Shown piece after piece: positions 19,230-29,012 of a stretch of 64,000 nt of DNA. Below the pieces are notes generated by a model. That model worked only from the letters and a program-made list of their open reading frames with translations. It was not told the DNA's origin and ran no database searches. Both the position numbers and the translations under genes were made by a program. Source of the stretch: an uncultured delta proteobacterium (lineage in GTDB: Bacteria; Desulfobacterota; Binatia; UBA9968). The DNA is taken from positions 224,001 to 288,000 of the forward strand of contig CAVUZH010000018.1 in the NCBI GenBank assembly GCA_963745835.1, in the 5' to 3' direction. Position 1 is the first letter of the stretch. The number at the start of each line of letters is the position of its first letter.

Positions 19230-21632
19230 ATGGCAAAAGCAAAAAAAACCGGACGCGAAGTACACCCTCACCTGACCATACTAGAAGATATCAGCACGCT
19301 GATCACCCATTCTCACGATCTCCAAGACACCTTACAAAATATCGTTACAACCGTTCGCGACCGAATGGAGGCCGAGGTCTGTTCGATTTACATCCTCGAC
19401 CCGCAAAAGAAGCGCCTGACCTTGCGGGCAACCATGGGTTTAGATCCGGAATCCATCGGTAAAGTGTCGATGGCGATAGGGGAAGGGTTAACCGGTCTGG
19501 TGATCGAGCGCATGGAGCCGGTCATGGTAGTGGATGCGCTCGCGCACCCGCGCTACAGGTATTTCCCGGAAACCGGCGAAGAACGTTTTCACTCTTTCCT
19601 AGGCGTGCCGCTGTTCAACAACAAATCGCCGCTTGGCGTGCTTGTCGTTCAAACCTCGCGCCGGCGCCAATTCTCACGCGATGAAATCCGCTTGTTGATC
19701 ACCATCTCGGCTCAGGCTGCGAGTATTATCGTTCAAGCCCAGCTGGTGGAATCATTGCGCAACAAGGAACGCGAGCGCAAAGAATATCAGAAACGCATGG
19801 TCGATGCGCTGCGCAAGCTGCGCTCTTACGAGGGTCGCCGCCGCGAGAAGACATCGAAGAAAACGTCGCACAAGTGGCGCGGCCGTTTGGTTGGGCTTGC
19901 GGCATCGCCCGGATTTGGTCGGGGAAGGGCATTTGTTTTGAACCCGCGCATGGAACTCAGTGCGATTGAGAAAAAACGCGCTCGCAATCCGCAACGTGAA
20001 ATTGAAAGATTTCGCGGCGCGGTGGAGCGGGGCATCGAGCAAATAAACGTCGTCAAACAGAGAATGAGCAATCTGATCTCACGCGAGGAGGGCGCTATCT
20101 TCGATGTTTACCGGTTGATCCTCGAGGACCCGGCCATTATCCAGCAGATTGAAGCGCAAATCCGCAAAGAAAATTACGTTGCAGAATACGCCGTGCGGCT
20201 CGTCTTTGAGCAGTATTTAAGCTCGATATCGCAAATCCAAGACGAATATTTGAGAGAGCGAACCGGGGATGTTAAAGACGCGGCGCAGAGACTGTTAGAA
20301 AACCTTGCCGGGACACCCGATCAGCACATCGCCGTGCCGAGTGATGCGGTGCTGGTGGCTGAAGATCTTTCGCCCGCGGATCTGAGCATGCTTGAAGGCG
20401 ATCACTTTCGGGGCATCGTCCTGGCAACCGGCGGGGTAACGACGCATGCGTCAATTTTAGCCAAGTCGTTTGAGATTCCCAGTGTGGTCGCGGTCGAAGG
20501 GCTGATGGACATCGTGCATCAGGGAGATGCCGTCATCGTCGATGGCAATTCCGGTGTGCTTTACGTCAATCCGAATCCGGAAGTTGCCCGCGAATACGAT
20601 CGGCTCGAGCGCGACTATGCAGCGCTTAACCGCGAGCTCGAAGAATTGAAGGACGAGCCTGCCGAAACCATCGACGGTCACAGAGTTTCGCTCTACGCAA
20701 ACATCGGTCTCTTGAGCGATATTGCCTTCGCTCATCTTCATGGCGCCCAGGGGGTGGGCCTCTATCGAACCGAAATTCCGTTCTTAGCCCATCGCGATTT
20801 TCCCAGCGAAGAGGAACAGTACTCCTTATATAAGCGTGTGATCGAAGGCATGGCTGGCAAACCAGTAACGGTTCGGACCTTAGACATAGGCGCCGACAAG
20901 TATCCCTCCTATATGCGCAGCACCAAGGTGGAGCCGAATCCGTTTCTCGGTTGGCGCTCCATTCGAATCTCGCTCGACGTCGAAGAGATCTTTAAAACGC
21001 AGCTTCGTGCGATCCTGCGAGCAGGAACATTGGGGCGAGTTCGGCTTCTCATCCCGATGATCTCCAGCCTGGAAGAAGTCCTCAAAGTCAAGGAATTGTT
21101 GGCCGAGGCCAAAGATGAGCTGCAGCGAGAGTCCACTCCCTTCGACCTCAACATGGAGTTGGGGATCATGGTGGAAGTTCCGGCGGCGGTTCAACTCGCT
21201 GAGCGACTGCTGCGCGAAGTCGATTTTTTGAGCATTGGCACTAACGATTTGATCCAATACATCCTTGCGGTCGATCGCAGCAACCGCAAAGTGGCAAATC
21301 TTTATGAGCCGCTTCATCCCGCTGTTCTGGCTGCGCTTTACTCCACGATTCAGGCGGGAAAAAGAGACGGTAAAAGAGTCGGCATGTGCGGCGAGATGGC
21401 CGGCGATCCGATTTATGCGCTTGTGCTGCTCGGCATGGGTTTAGAAGAATTCAGTATGGGTTCGCTGTTCGTGCCTGTGGTTAAAAAAACCATCCGTTCG
21501 GTCACCTACGAAGCCGCCAAATCAATGGCGCGAATCGTTCTCGAGATGGATACCGCTGCCGAAATTAAGCGGTACTTGTTCGAGCGGATGCGAGAGCTGG
21601 GTATGGTCGAATTGATGGAGATGTATCATTAA
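19230..21632 (+). CDS. ptsP: GAF-containing phosphoenolpyruvate-protein phosphotransferase (EI-Ntr)
   Basis: N-terminal GAF domain; GGVTTHASIL phospho-His; GLYRTE, EPNPFLGWR, SIGTNDL, GMCGEMAGD. Confidence 0.93.
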   Translation: MAKAKKTGREVHPHLTILEDISTLITHSHDLQDTLQNIVTTVRDRMEAEVCSIYILDPQKKRLTLRATMGLDPESIGKVSMAIGEGLTGLVIERMEPVMVVDALAHPRYRYFPETGEERFHSFLGVPLFNNKSPLGVLVVQTSRRRQFSRDEIRLLITISAQAASIIVQAQLVESLRNKERERKEYQKRMVDALRKLRSYEGRRREKTSKKTSHKWRGRLVGLAASPGFGRGRAFVLNPRMELSAIEKKRARNPQREIERFRGAVERGIEQINVVKQRMSNLISREEGAIFDVYRLILEDPAIIQQIEAQIRKENYVAEYAVRLVFEQYLSSISQIQDEYLRERTGDVKDAAQRLLENLAGTPDQHIAVPSDAVLVAEDLSPADLSMLEGDHFRGIVLATGGVTTHASILAKSFEIPSVVAVEGLMDIVHQGDAVIVDGNSGVLYVNPNPEVAREYDRLERDYAALNRELEELKDEPAETIDGHRVSLYANIGLLSDIAFAHLHGAQGVGLYRTEIPFLAHRDFPSEEEQYSLYKRVIEGMAGKPVTVRTLDIGADKYPSYMRSTKVEPNPFLGWRSIRISLDVEEIFKTQLRAILRAGTLGRVRLLIPMISSLEEVLKVKELLAEAKDELQRESTPFDLNMELGIMVEVPAAVQLAERLLREVDFLSIGTNDLIQYILAVDRSNRKVANLYEPLHPAVLAALYSTIQAGKRDGKRVGMCGEMAGDPIYALVLLGMGLEEFSMGSLFVPVVKKTIRSVTYEAAKSMARIVLEMDTAAEIKRYLFERMRELGMVELMEMYH

Positions 21633-21672
21633 GTAGAGCTGGCTGGTGGGCCTAAATTTCCTTTGGATGGGG

Positions 21673-21723
21673 TTGATTTAGACGATGACGTGAGTTAAAT
21701 TTAATTTCGAACGATCGTTCGAA
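21673..21723 (+). promoter_or_regulatory. sigma70 promoter overlapped by a perfect 18-bp palindromic operator (PaaR/TetR-type)
   Basis: TTGATT-N17-TAAATT followed by TTCGAACGATCGTTCGAA (21706-21723). Confidence 0.7.
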
Positions 21724-21749
21724 CAGGCTCCTTCCGAAAGGATTAAACC

Positions 21750-22856
21750 ATGCAGAAAATCGCAAATTTCGATGATTGGATCGATTACTTCCGTGTCTGG
21801 CAAAAAGATATCGGCTATGACCCGGCACTGTTAGGCGATTACAAGTTTGAAACCAAGCTGGGAGAACTGCACAGCTCGGAGATTGAATTTGGCGACTTCA
21901 AGGGCCAACCGAAATGGCAACGAATCGGGCAAATACCGAATCAGTCGATTCGCGATGCGCTGATGAATTTGATCGTCTATCAGGGCGATACCGAATTCGC
22001 TTCGGTGGAACAGCAAAAAAACCTGCTCGACACCGCGCCCACGGAATACGACCGTAAAGCCCTGACCCGTGTAAACAGCGAAGAAATGCGCCACGGCTGG
22101 CAGATGTGTTACCTGCTCGTCAATTACTTCGGTGATTCAGGAAAATTGGAGGCGCGTAAACTGCTCGAGCGAAGAGCTTTCCGCGGTGACCGGCTACTGG
22201 GATCTTTCAATGCCCCGGTGAAAAACTGGCTGGACTTCTTTACCTATACGGAATTTGTCGATCGAGACGGCAAGTATCAGCTGACCATGCTAAGCCATTC
22301 GGCCTTTGCGCCGCTGGCTGAGAGCGTCACCGCAATGCTCAAGGAAGAGCACTTTCACATGTTTACAGGTCACACCGGACTCACCCGTGTGCTTCGCGCC
22401 GGGCAAATTCCGGTTGCCATCGTGCAAAAATATTTCAACAAATGGTTGTCCACCGCTTATGATCTATTTGGGACCGATCATTCATCCTCTGCCAACTGGT
22501 CGTATGTCTGGGGTCTGAAGGGAAGATACGATGAACATGAAGCGACGGTGGCGGCGGACAAGGACCGATTGAACGATTTGGCCCGCGACCATTACATGGC
22601 GGAAAGCTCAAAACTAATCGATCAGCTGAACCAGCTTATTCCGGAAGGACAGCCCAAGCTTTCAGCGCCGGATTTGAAATTCAACCGCTCCATCGGTGAG
22701 CACGTCGGTAAAACTTTCAGCGTTACCGGTGAACTCTTGTCGCCGGAGGCATACAAGAAGCACTTAACCGAAGCCTTGCCGACAGCGGAAGACGAGCAAC
22801 TACTCAACGACATCATGAAAGGCAAGGAGTGGGTTTCGCAGATTCAAATGAACTAA
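21750..22856 (+). CDS. BoxB-like di-iron aryl-CoA epoxidase subunit (PaaA/PaaC/BoxB family)
   Basis: QGDTEFASVEQQ, EEMRH, DRDGKYQL and EEHFH correspond to the BoxB di-iron ligand motifs. Confidence 0.85.
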   Translation: MQKIANFDDWIDYFRVWQKDIGYDPALLGDYKFETKLGELHSSEIEFGDFKGQPKWQRIGQIPNQSIRDALMNLIVYQGDTEFASVEQQKNLLDTAPTEYDRKALTRVNSEEMRHGWQMCYLLVNYFGDSGKLEARKLLERRAFRGDRLLGSFNAPVKNWLDFFTYTEFVDRDGKYQLTMLSHSAFAPLAESVTAMLKEEHFHMFTGHTGLTRVLRAGQIPVAIVQKYFNKWLSTAYDLFGTDHSSSANWSYVWGLKGRYDEHEATVAADKDRLNDLARDHYMAESSKLIDQLNQLIPEGQPKLSAPDLKFNRSIGEHVGKTFSVTGELLSPEAYKKHLTEALPTAEDEQLLNDIMKGKEWVSQIQMN

Positions 22857-22915
22857 GCGGATGCATTCCACCCTGGGTTTGATGCTGCCGCCAGTTGCAA
22901 CATAAGGAGGGAGCA

Positions 22916-23239
22916 GTGAAGCGGATGTGTCTCGTCTGTCAGAATATCGATTGTAAATCTCGGGGTTCCGAGCAGCTGATGGGCGAGCTCGAGAAGCGGG
23001 TTGCGGCGAAAGGGTTGAATGATGTCGAGGTAAAGCCCTACATGTGCTTCGGCGCATGCCAAGAGGGTCCCAACATCGTTCTTTACCCTGAAAAAAGCTG
23101 GTATGCGAATGTCAAAGTCGACGACTTGGACGAGATCACTGAACACATTGCCGGCGGACCTCACGTCAAACGCTTGGACACCATCGATGCTTCGCTCAAA
23201 GAACTGATTTACCAACTTCTAGATACGGGGGTCGTTTAA
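22916..23239 (+). CDS. thioredoxin-like [2Fe-2S] ferredoxin (NuoE-like)
   Basis: CQNIDC...CFGACQEGP; AGGAGG RBS before GTG. Confidence 0.85.
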   Translation: MKRMCLVCQNIDCKSRGSEQLMGELEKRVAAKGLNDVEVKPYMCFGACQEGPNIVLYPEKSWYANVKVDDLDEITEHIAGGPHVKRLDTIDASLKELIYQLLDTGVV

Positions 23240-23242
23240 CCG

Positions 23243-24502
23243 ATGGAAGGCATTCTTTTCCCCCATGGAATCCCTGAGGGTCGAGAAGAATTAAGTGATT
23301 ACCGCGGCCGCGGTGGCTATGAGGCATTAGCTCGTGCGATCAGGATGCCGGCCGAGGATATCGTCAAGCAAGTCTCTGACGCGGGGCTCCGCGGCAGGGG
23401 CGGCGCGGGATTCCCCACCGGCAAAAAATGGGAGCTTACTCGCGAGGCGCCAGAGCAAACCCGTTATCTCATCCTGAACGGTGGAGAAGATGAACCCGGC
23501 AGCAAAAAAGATCGCGTGCTGATGGAGAATGTTCCTCATCTGGTGATTGAGGGCGTGATCCTATCCGCTTACGCGATTGGCGCGGAGAAAGCATATCTTT
23601 ACATCAATGCTCAGTACGAGACCGCGATTAAAAGAATTGCCGACGCTTTGTCTGAAGCAAAGAGTGAGGCCTATTGGGGTGAAAATATTCTCGGCAGCAG
23701 TTTCAGCCTAGATATTGAAATTGTCCCAGCGCCGCACAACTATGTGGCCGGCGAGGATACGGCGGTCATCGAGGTCATCGAAGGTAAGAAAGCTTGGCCC
23801 AGGGAGAAGCCGCCGTTCCCGGTAACGGTAGGACTCTTTGGCAAACCGACGTCGGTGAACAACGTTGAAACTCTCGCCAACGTCGCTCCGATTCTTTTGC
23901 ATGGCGCCGACTGGTATCGAAAATTTGGCACCGCCGAAAGCCCCGGGACCATGATCTTTGCTCTCGACGAAGACGTGAACCGGCCCGGCGTTTATGAGCT
24001 AGAGTTCGGCACGCCGCTGCGTTATCTGATCGAAGAGTGCGGCGGCGGCTTGAAGAGTGGTAAAAAGATCAAAGCGGTTATGCCAGCCTCGCCCTCGTGC
24101 GCCTTTCTACCGCCGGAGAAAATCGACACGCCGCTTGACCACAACTCTATGCGCGAGGCCGGCGCCGGCATTGGTTGCGGCGTTATCCGCCTGGTCGGCG
24201 AAGGCGAATGTATCGTTGAAGAAGTCCTTGGCATCGCCGAATTTTTCGCCACCGAGTCCTGCGGCCAGTGCCCGGCGTGCCGCATGGAAACCAGTACGCT
24301 AGCGATGATGATGAAGAAAGTGCAGCAAGGGCAGGGCGGCAAACCGATCCTTGAACAGTTTGGCAAGATTTTGGCCTTCAACAAAGGCAAAGGATTTTGT
24401 AATCTGATCAATATGCCCGGTCCGCCGATTGAAAGCGCGCTCAAACTCTTTCCCGGTGATTTCGAAGCCCACCTGACTACCGGGAAATGCCCGGTAAACT
24501 AG
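23243..24502 (+). CDS. NuoF-like FMN/[4Fe-4S] NAD(P)H diaphorase
   Basis: GLRGRGGAGFPTGKKW, EPGSKKDR, YVAGEDTA, NNVET, ESCGQCPACR...C. Confidence 0.9.
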   Translation: MEGILFPHGIPEGREELSDYRGRGGYEALARAIRMPAEDIVKQVSDAGLRGRGGAGFPTGKKWELTREAPEQTRYLILNGGEDEPGSKKDRVLMENVPHLVIEGVILSAYAIGAEKAYLYINAQYETAIKRIADALSEAKSEAYWGENILGSSFSLDIEIVPAPHNYVAGEDTAVIEVIEGKKAWPREKPPFPVTVGLFGKPTSVNNVETLANVAPILLHGADWYRKFGTAESPGTMIFALDEDVNRPGVYELEFGTPLRYLIEECGGGLKSGKKIKAVMPASPSCAFLPPEKIDTPLDHNSMREAGAGIGCGVIRLVGEGECIVEEVLGIAEFFATESCGQCPACRMETSTLAMMMKKVQQGQGGKPILEQFGKILAFNKGKGFCNLINMPGPPIESALKLFPGDFEAHLTTGKCPVN

Positions 24503-24628
24503 CAGGCTGCTGAAAAAGCCTCATAGGCTTCGTTGCACTGCGCCCGCCTCGCTTTGCCGTACTGAAGCGTGCGCCTCAGCTCTTCGGACTTCGCGCGCCT
24601 TGCATCTGAGATCTTTTTGAGCAGCCTG
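24503..24628. mobile_element. MITE family A copy
   Basis: TIRs CAGGCTGCTGAAAAAG / CTTTTTGAGCAGCCTG, directly after the CTAG that contains the upstream stop codon. Confidence 0.8.
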
Positions 24629-24749
24629 CAAAGCAAAGTTTTTAAACTGCTAAACTCACCGGTTTCATTTCCGCCAGCGCCAATTCAGGTTGACGGTTCA
24701 AGTAACCCCTTGATAGGATCTGCCTCGGTTTAATTACGAGGTACAAAAC

Positions 24750-25578
24750 ATGCGACCGACACCGATCAAATTACCCAACGATGCGAAAATCGCCGTCAGT
24801 TTCTTCGTCGCCTTTGAGGCGTTTGAAAAATATTCGCAATATCGCGAAGGCGGAGAGAAACCTGATTTCGCATCTCTCGCTTACGGCGAATACGGCGGCA
24901 AAGCCGGCATCTGGCGGATCATGGATGTATTGGCGCGTAACCAGGTTAAAGGGACAATCGATACTAACGGCCGTATTGCCGAGGATTTTCCCGATGCGTT
25001 GAAAGAGCTTCACGCCGGCGGTCATGAGATCGTCGGTCATGGTTGGGTCAATGACACTTCTCTTATTTCGCTGGAGCCGGCTAGGGAAAAAGAGCTGATC
25101 AAGCGCACGCTCGACAGCCTTGCCTCAGTCACGGGTAATCGACCTGTGGGCTGGGTCAGCCCCGGCCATCGAATCAACGAATATACCTTCGGGCATTTCG
25201 TTGATGAGGGAATAATCTGGACCGGCGACTTACCCGGGACCCGACATTCCCCAGCATCGGATGGTCAACGGCAAACCATTGGTGATCATGCCGCGGCTCG
25301 ATTACGCCAACGATCTTTCGCTCATCTTTCGCGCCAAGAATCCCGCGCGGGTCTATTTTGAAAGCTTCAAGAGCGCTTTTGATCTGTTGTATGCGGAGGG
25401 GCAGGCCGGCTCGCCCAAGCTCATCGATGCGCTCGTGCACGCCCACATCGGTGGCAGAGCCAATATCATCGGCGTATTCGAGGAGTGCATCCGTTACGCC
25501 AAGGGGTTCAAGGACGTGTGGTTCTGTACCAAGGGTGAAATAGCGAGCTGGTATCTGGACAATTACGTACGCAAGTAA
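24750..25578 (+). pseudogene. polysaccharide deacetylase/PuuE-like protein interrupted by a +1 frameshift (pseudogene or sequencing error)
   Basis: EYGGKAGIWRI, HEIVGHG, PVGWVSP in one frame; the C-terminal half is in the +1 frame; removing one base near 25233-25238 gives ...GDLPGPDIPQHRMVNG. Confidence 0.75.
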
Positions 25579-25588
25579 TGAGGACGAC

Positions 25589-26770
25589 ATGCCGATAAAA
25601 TCCGCAGCGGTAGAAAAATTTCTGGCGAACCTGGGCTCGACCGAGCTTTTACTGACACTCAATTGGGATGAATGGCTTACCATCGAAGCGCCCTACTCCG
25701 ATGTGAAAATTTCCAGCCAAGACGTTGTCGCGCGTTACAACCGCAATGGTTATGACTGGGACATCCATGGGACGCTGTTCACTCCGGAAAAAGAATTCGA
25801 CAGCAACAGAGCCTTTGTCTTTTTCCATGGCGGTGCCGGCAGCGAAAAAATTATGGATCTTACACCGGATGGAAGACCCGGTCTGGCGCGCGTCGTCGCA
25901 TCCCAAGGCTTTAATGTTCTGGCTCTCACATATCCGGGCCATTACCCCAAGGGGGGCGTCTGGAAACAACCGATTGCGGAGCGAATGCCGATCTACCTGG
26001 TGGACCGGGAACTGCCAACCGAAGAAATTGTCGATCGCAATTTGAAATGCACTTTCAACGTGATTCTTCAGGGTGCGGGGCTTCTCACCGACCAGCGTTT
26101 CGCCGGTCGTGAAATAATCGGCTTCGGCCACTCGACCGGTGGGCCGATGGCCGCGCATCTCACACGATTTTCCAAAAAGACCAGAGTCATTGGGCTCGTC
26201 GGCTTCGGCAGCGGCGGTCCCGATGGCTGGCGTCTGGAATGGCGCAATCAAACCGGCGCCGAAAAATACACTGAGAAACCGATCGATCACATCTCGCGCC
26301 GCTCGCCGGATTCCTTCAAAGAATCGGGCTACGTCGATCCTGAAGATCTCACGCCGTGGGGCGGAGCCGACGACTACATCCGCCTGATCAGTCCACTGCG
26401 CTCGCAGATGAAAACCAGCCTGTGCGATAACCAGCATAACGCCGCCGTCGGCATCCTCGACGAATACGTAAAACGCACCGGCTTGCCGCGCGAGGAGTAC
26501 TTTGATCATTTGCAAGAGCCCGATCCGGCTTGGCTGAAGACGATTCGCGTGCTGCTAACCGTCGGTGAAAACGACAAAGGCCACTGGGTCAAAGGCGAGC
26601 GGCTGGAACACAAGCGTGAAATGTTCATGGGCGCCAAGTACGCGGCAAGCACCCGCGGCGCGCACGTGGTTCGCATCCCGCGTTATGGCCATGTGGGCTA
26701 TTCCGAGCTGTACAATGAAAAAATCGCCTATCTCTGGCTGTGGGCATTAAAAGCGGGCTATTTCGATTGA
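25589..26770 (+). CDS. alpha/beta hydrolase fold protein of unknown function
   Basis: FFHGGAGS, GHSTGG, C-terminal YGH; GAGGA RBS. Confidence 0.7.
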   Translation: MPIKSAAVEKFLANLGSTELLLTLNWDEWLTIEAPYSDVKISSQDVVARYNRNGYDWDIHGTLFTPEKEFDSNRAFVFFHGGAGSEKIMDLTPDGRPGLARVVASQGFNVLALTYPGHYPKGGVWKQPIAERMPIYLVDRELPTEEIVDRNLKCTFNVILQGAGLLTDQRFAGREIIGFGHSTGGPMAAHLTRFSKKTRVIGLVGFGSGGPDGWRLEWRNQTGAEKYTEKPIDHISRRSPDSFKESGYVDPEDLTPWGGADDYIRLISPLRSQMKTSLCDNQHNAAVGILDEYVKRTGLPREEYFDHLQEPDPAWLKTIRVLLTVGENDKGHWVKGERLEHKREMFMGAKYAASTRGAHVVRIPRYGHVGYSELYNEKIAYLWLWALKAGYFD

Positions 26771-26797
26771 CGACGTCTGCTTCTGAGGAGGATTTTC

Positions 26798-27868
26798 ATG
26801 CTGACGAGAGTACGACTAACACTCGTTTTGTTGTTGATCGTGGCGCATGCCCCGGTGTTGCAGGGCGCACAAAGCCGGCCCGGGTCGGTTGCTGAGTTGG
26901 CTCTGTATCAAGGCTCGGATCGCGAAAGCATTCTTATTGAGGGGGCCAAGAAAGAAGGTCAACTCACCTTTTATACCTCAAACACCTGGGTCGCCGGACC
27001 CGTCTCGCAAGAATTTGAAAAAAAATATCCGTTTATCAAAGCCAATGTTTGGCGCAGCGATTCCAAGGCGTTGCTGAAACGCCTCACCGAAGAGCACGCT
27101 GCCGGTAAGTACCTCGCTGATGTCGTTGAAACCAGCCCCGAATACGTAAACCTATTGGTACGAGCTAGCTTGCTGCAGGATCACTTCTCGCCGGAGCTCA
27201 GCGCCTATGATGATGAAGCAAAAGTGAAGGGCAAAAGCGGCGTACTCGCATGGACCAATCGTGAGATTTATATCAGTTTGGGATACAACACCAACTTGGT
27301 TCCAGCTGCAGATGCGCCAAAGACGCTCAAGGATTATCTCGATCCTAAATGGAAGGGCAAGATGGCGATCGCCGGGACCACTACCGGTACCCAGTGGATC
27401 GGCGCTGTGTGGGACACCATGGGTCGGGAGTTTCTGGAAAAACTGAGCGCGCAGGAAATCAACGTGCAGAACATGTCCGGCGCTGCTCTTTCCGGTCTGG
27501 TAGCTTCGGGCGAAGTGCCGCTCTCGCCGACAATTTTCAATTCGAACATATTTACTCACAAGCAGAAGAGCGCCCCGGTCGAATGGCGGCCCATCGATCC
27601 GGTGATCGCCGGCGTGGGCAGCTCCGGCCTGATTGTCAACGCGCCGCACCCGCACGCTGCCTTGCTGTTTCTAGATTATCTTCATTCCAAACTGGGTCAG
27701 CAGGTCGCCATGAAGGGCGGTCTTAGCTCGGCGCGCAACGACATCGGATCGCTGGAGCAAAAGTTCAAAAAAATTTACATGGAGAGCAAATACACGCCCG
27801 AGGAAATGGAGAAAAAGTTCGAAGAATGGGAAGGACTCATGCGTAAGCTGTTCATCCGCAAGCGCTAG
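26798..27868 (+). CDS. extracellular solute-binding protein
   Basis: EGAKKEGQLTFY, FEKKYPFI, APHPHAALLF. Confidence 0.85.
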   Translation: MLTRVRLTLVLLLIVAHAPVLQGAQSRPGSVAELALYQGSDRESILIEGAKKEGQLTFYTSNTWVAGPVSQEFEKKYPFIKANVWRSDSKALLKRLTEEHAAGKYLADVVETSPEYVNLLVRASLLQDHFSPELSAYDDEAKVKGKSGVLAWTNREIYISLGYNTNLVPAADAPKTLKDYLDPKWKGKMAIAGTTTGTQWIGAVWDTMGREFLEKLSAQEINVQNMSGAALSGLVASGEVPLSPTIFNSNIFTHKQKSAPVEWRPIDPVIAGVGSSGLIVNAPHPHAALLFLDYLHSKLGQQVAMKGGLSSARNDIGSLEQKFKKIYMESKYTPEEMEKKFEEWEGLMRKLFIRKR

Positions 27869-27870
27869 GG

Positions 27871-27993
27871 CAGGCTGCTGAAAAAGCTCAGATGCTTCGT
27901 TGCGCTGGCCCGACTCGCTTCAACGTACTGAGGCGTACGCCTCAGCTCATCGAACTTCGCGCGCCTTGCCTCTGAGTCTTTTTGAGCAGCCTG
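27871..27993. mobile_element. MITE family A copy
   Basis: CAGGCTGCTGAAAAAG...CTTTTTGAGCAGCCTG. Confidence 0.8.
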
Positions 27994-28021
27994 CAAACAG
28001 AGGTTTTTGCACACTACCAGT

Positions 28022-28969
28022 ATGCCCATGGACTCTACGATCCTCATCACAGGCGCCAATGGATTCATTGGTTCCCACTTTACCCAACTTATGGAATCCC
28101 TCGGCAATAGAGTTGTTCCTGTCGACGTCTTGCCGCGCTCGGCGGATCTTTCATTGCTGGCGATCCAGACTCCAAGCCGCATCATGAATGTCACCGATGA
28201 AGAGCCCTTCCGGGAGCTCTGCCGGTTGGAACAGCCCACGCATATTTTTCATGCCGCGCATCCTCCGCGCGATGATAGCCCCGAAGTCCTCAATTTTTGC
28301 TATCGTGCGATGACCAACATCCTCGAAGCTGCCCGGGAACTGAAGGTCAAAAGCGTGGTGTACTCCAGTTCCGGGGCGCTTTATGGCCAGCTACGAAAAA
28401 AGGATCACACACCCATAAAAGAAGACGATCCTGTGACGATCTACCCGACTTATTTTTACCGCTCCGGCAAGATCATGTCGGAATGGATGGGTGACTTTTA
28501 CAAACAAAAGTTCGGAGTTCCTTTCGTCGCCTTGAGATACTCGTCGGTCTATGGCCCGGGACTCGCCAGAGGGATTCCGCTGGAGTTGAAGAAGGGTGTC
28601 CTGGGCCAGCCTTGCCGGCCCTACCTAACCCGCTTGCCCGATGATTTGATCTATATTGACGATGTGACCGATGCCGTGCGCCGCGCGCTCTTTACGGAAG
28701 AACCGTTGAGCCGCGCCTATAATATTGCCCTCAATCAGGCGTACGGCAACCAAGATCTCGAGGACTCGATCCGGAAAGCCTTGCCCGAGATCTCTTTTGA
28801 GATCGGCAAGCATCCGCATGCGGCGACTGTGGGAGCGCATCGCGATCGGGATCCGCTGGATATCACTCGCGCCAAGGAAGACCTCGATTGGACACCCACA
28901 ATTGATCTGGAAAACGGCATTGCGCGAATCGCCGCTTGGTTAAAGAGCCATGCTCATAGGCTGAAGTAA
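28022..28969 (+). CDS. NAD-dependent epimerase/dehydratase (extended SDR)
   Basis: ITGANGFIG, YSSSGALYG, YRSGK, LRYSSVYGPG. Confidence 0.88.
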   Translation: MPMDSTILITGANGFIGSHFTQLMESLGNRVVPVDVLPRSADLSLLAIQTPSRIMNVTDEEPFRELCRLEQPTHIFHAAHPPRDDSPEVLNFCYRAMTNILEAARELKVKSVVYSSSGALYGQLRKKDHTPIKEDDPVTIYPTYFYRSGKIMSEWMGDFYKQKFGVPFVALRYSSVYGPGLARGIPLELKKGVLGQPCRPYLTRLPDDLIYIDDVTDAVRRALFTEEPLSRAYNIALNQAYGNQDLEDSIRKALPEISFEIGKHPHAATVGAHRDRDPLDITRAKEDLDWTPTIDLENGIARIAAWLKSHAHRLK

Positions 28970-29012
28970 ACTCGCCACGACGCATCGCCATTATTCGGTC
29001 AGGAGGAAAAAA

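Noticed and set aside
23243-24502. Respiratory complex I nuoF
   Set aside because: No other nuo genes adjacent and motifs are divergent, so no gene symbol was assigned
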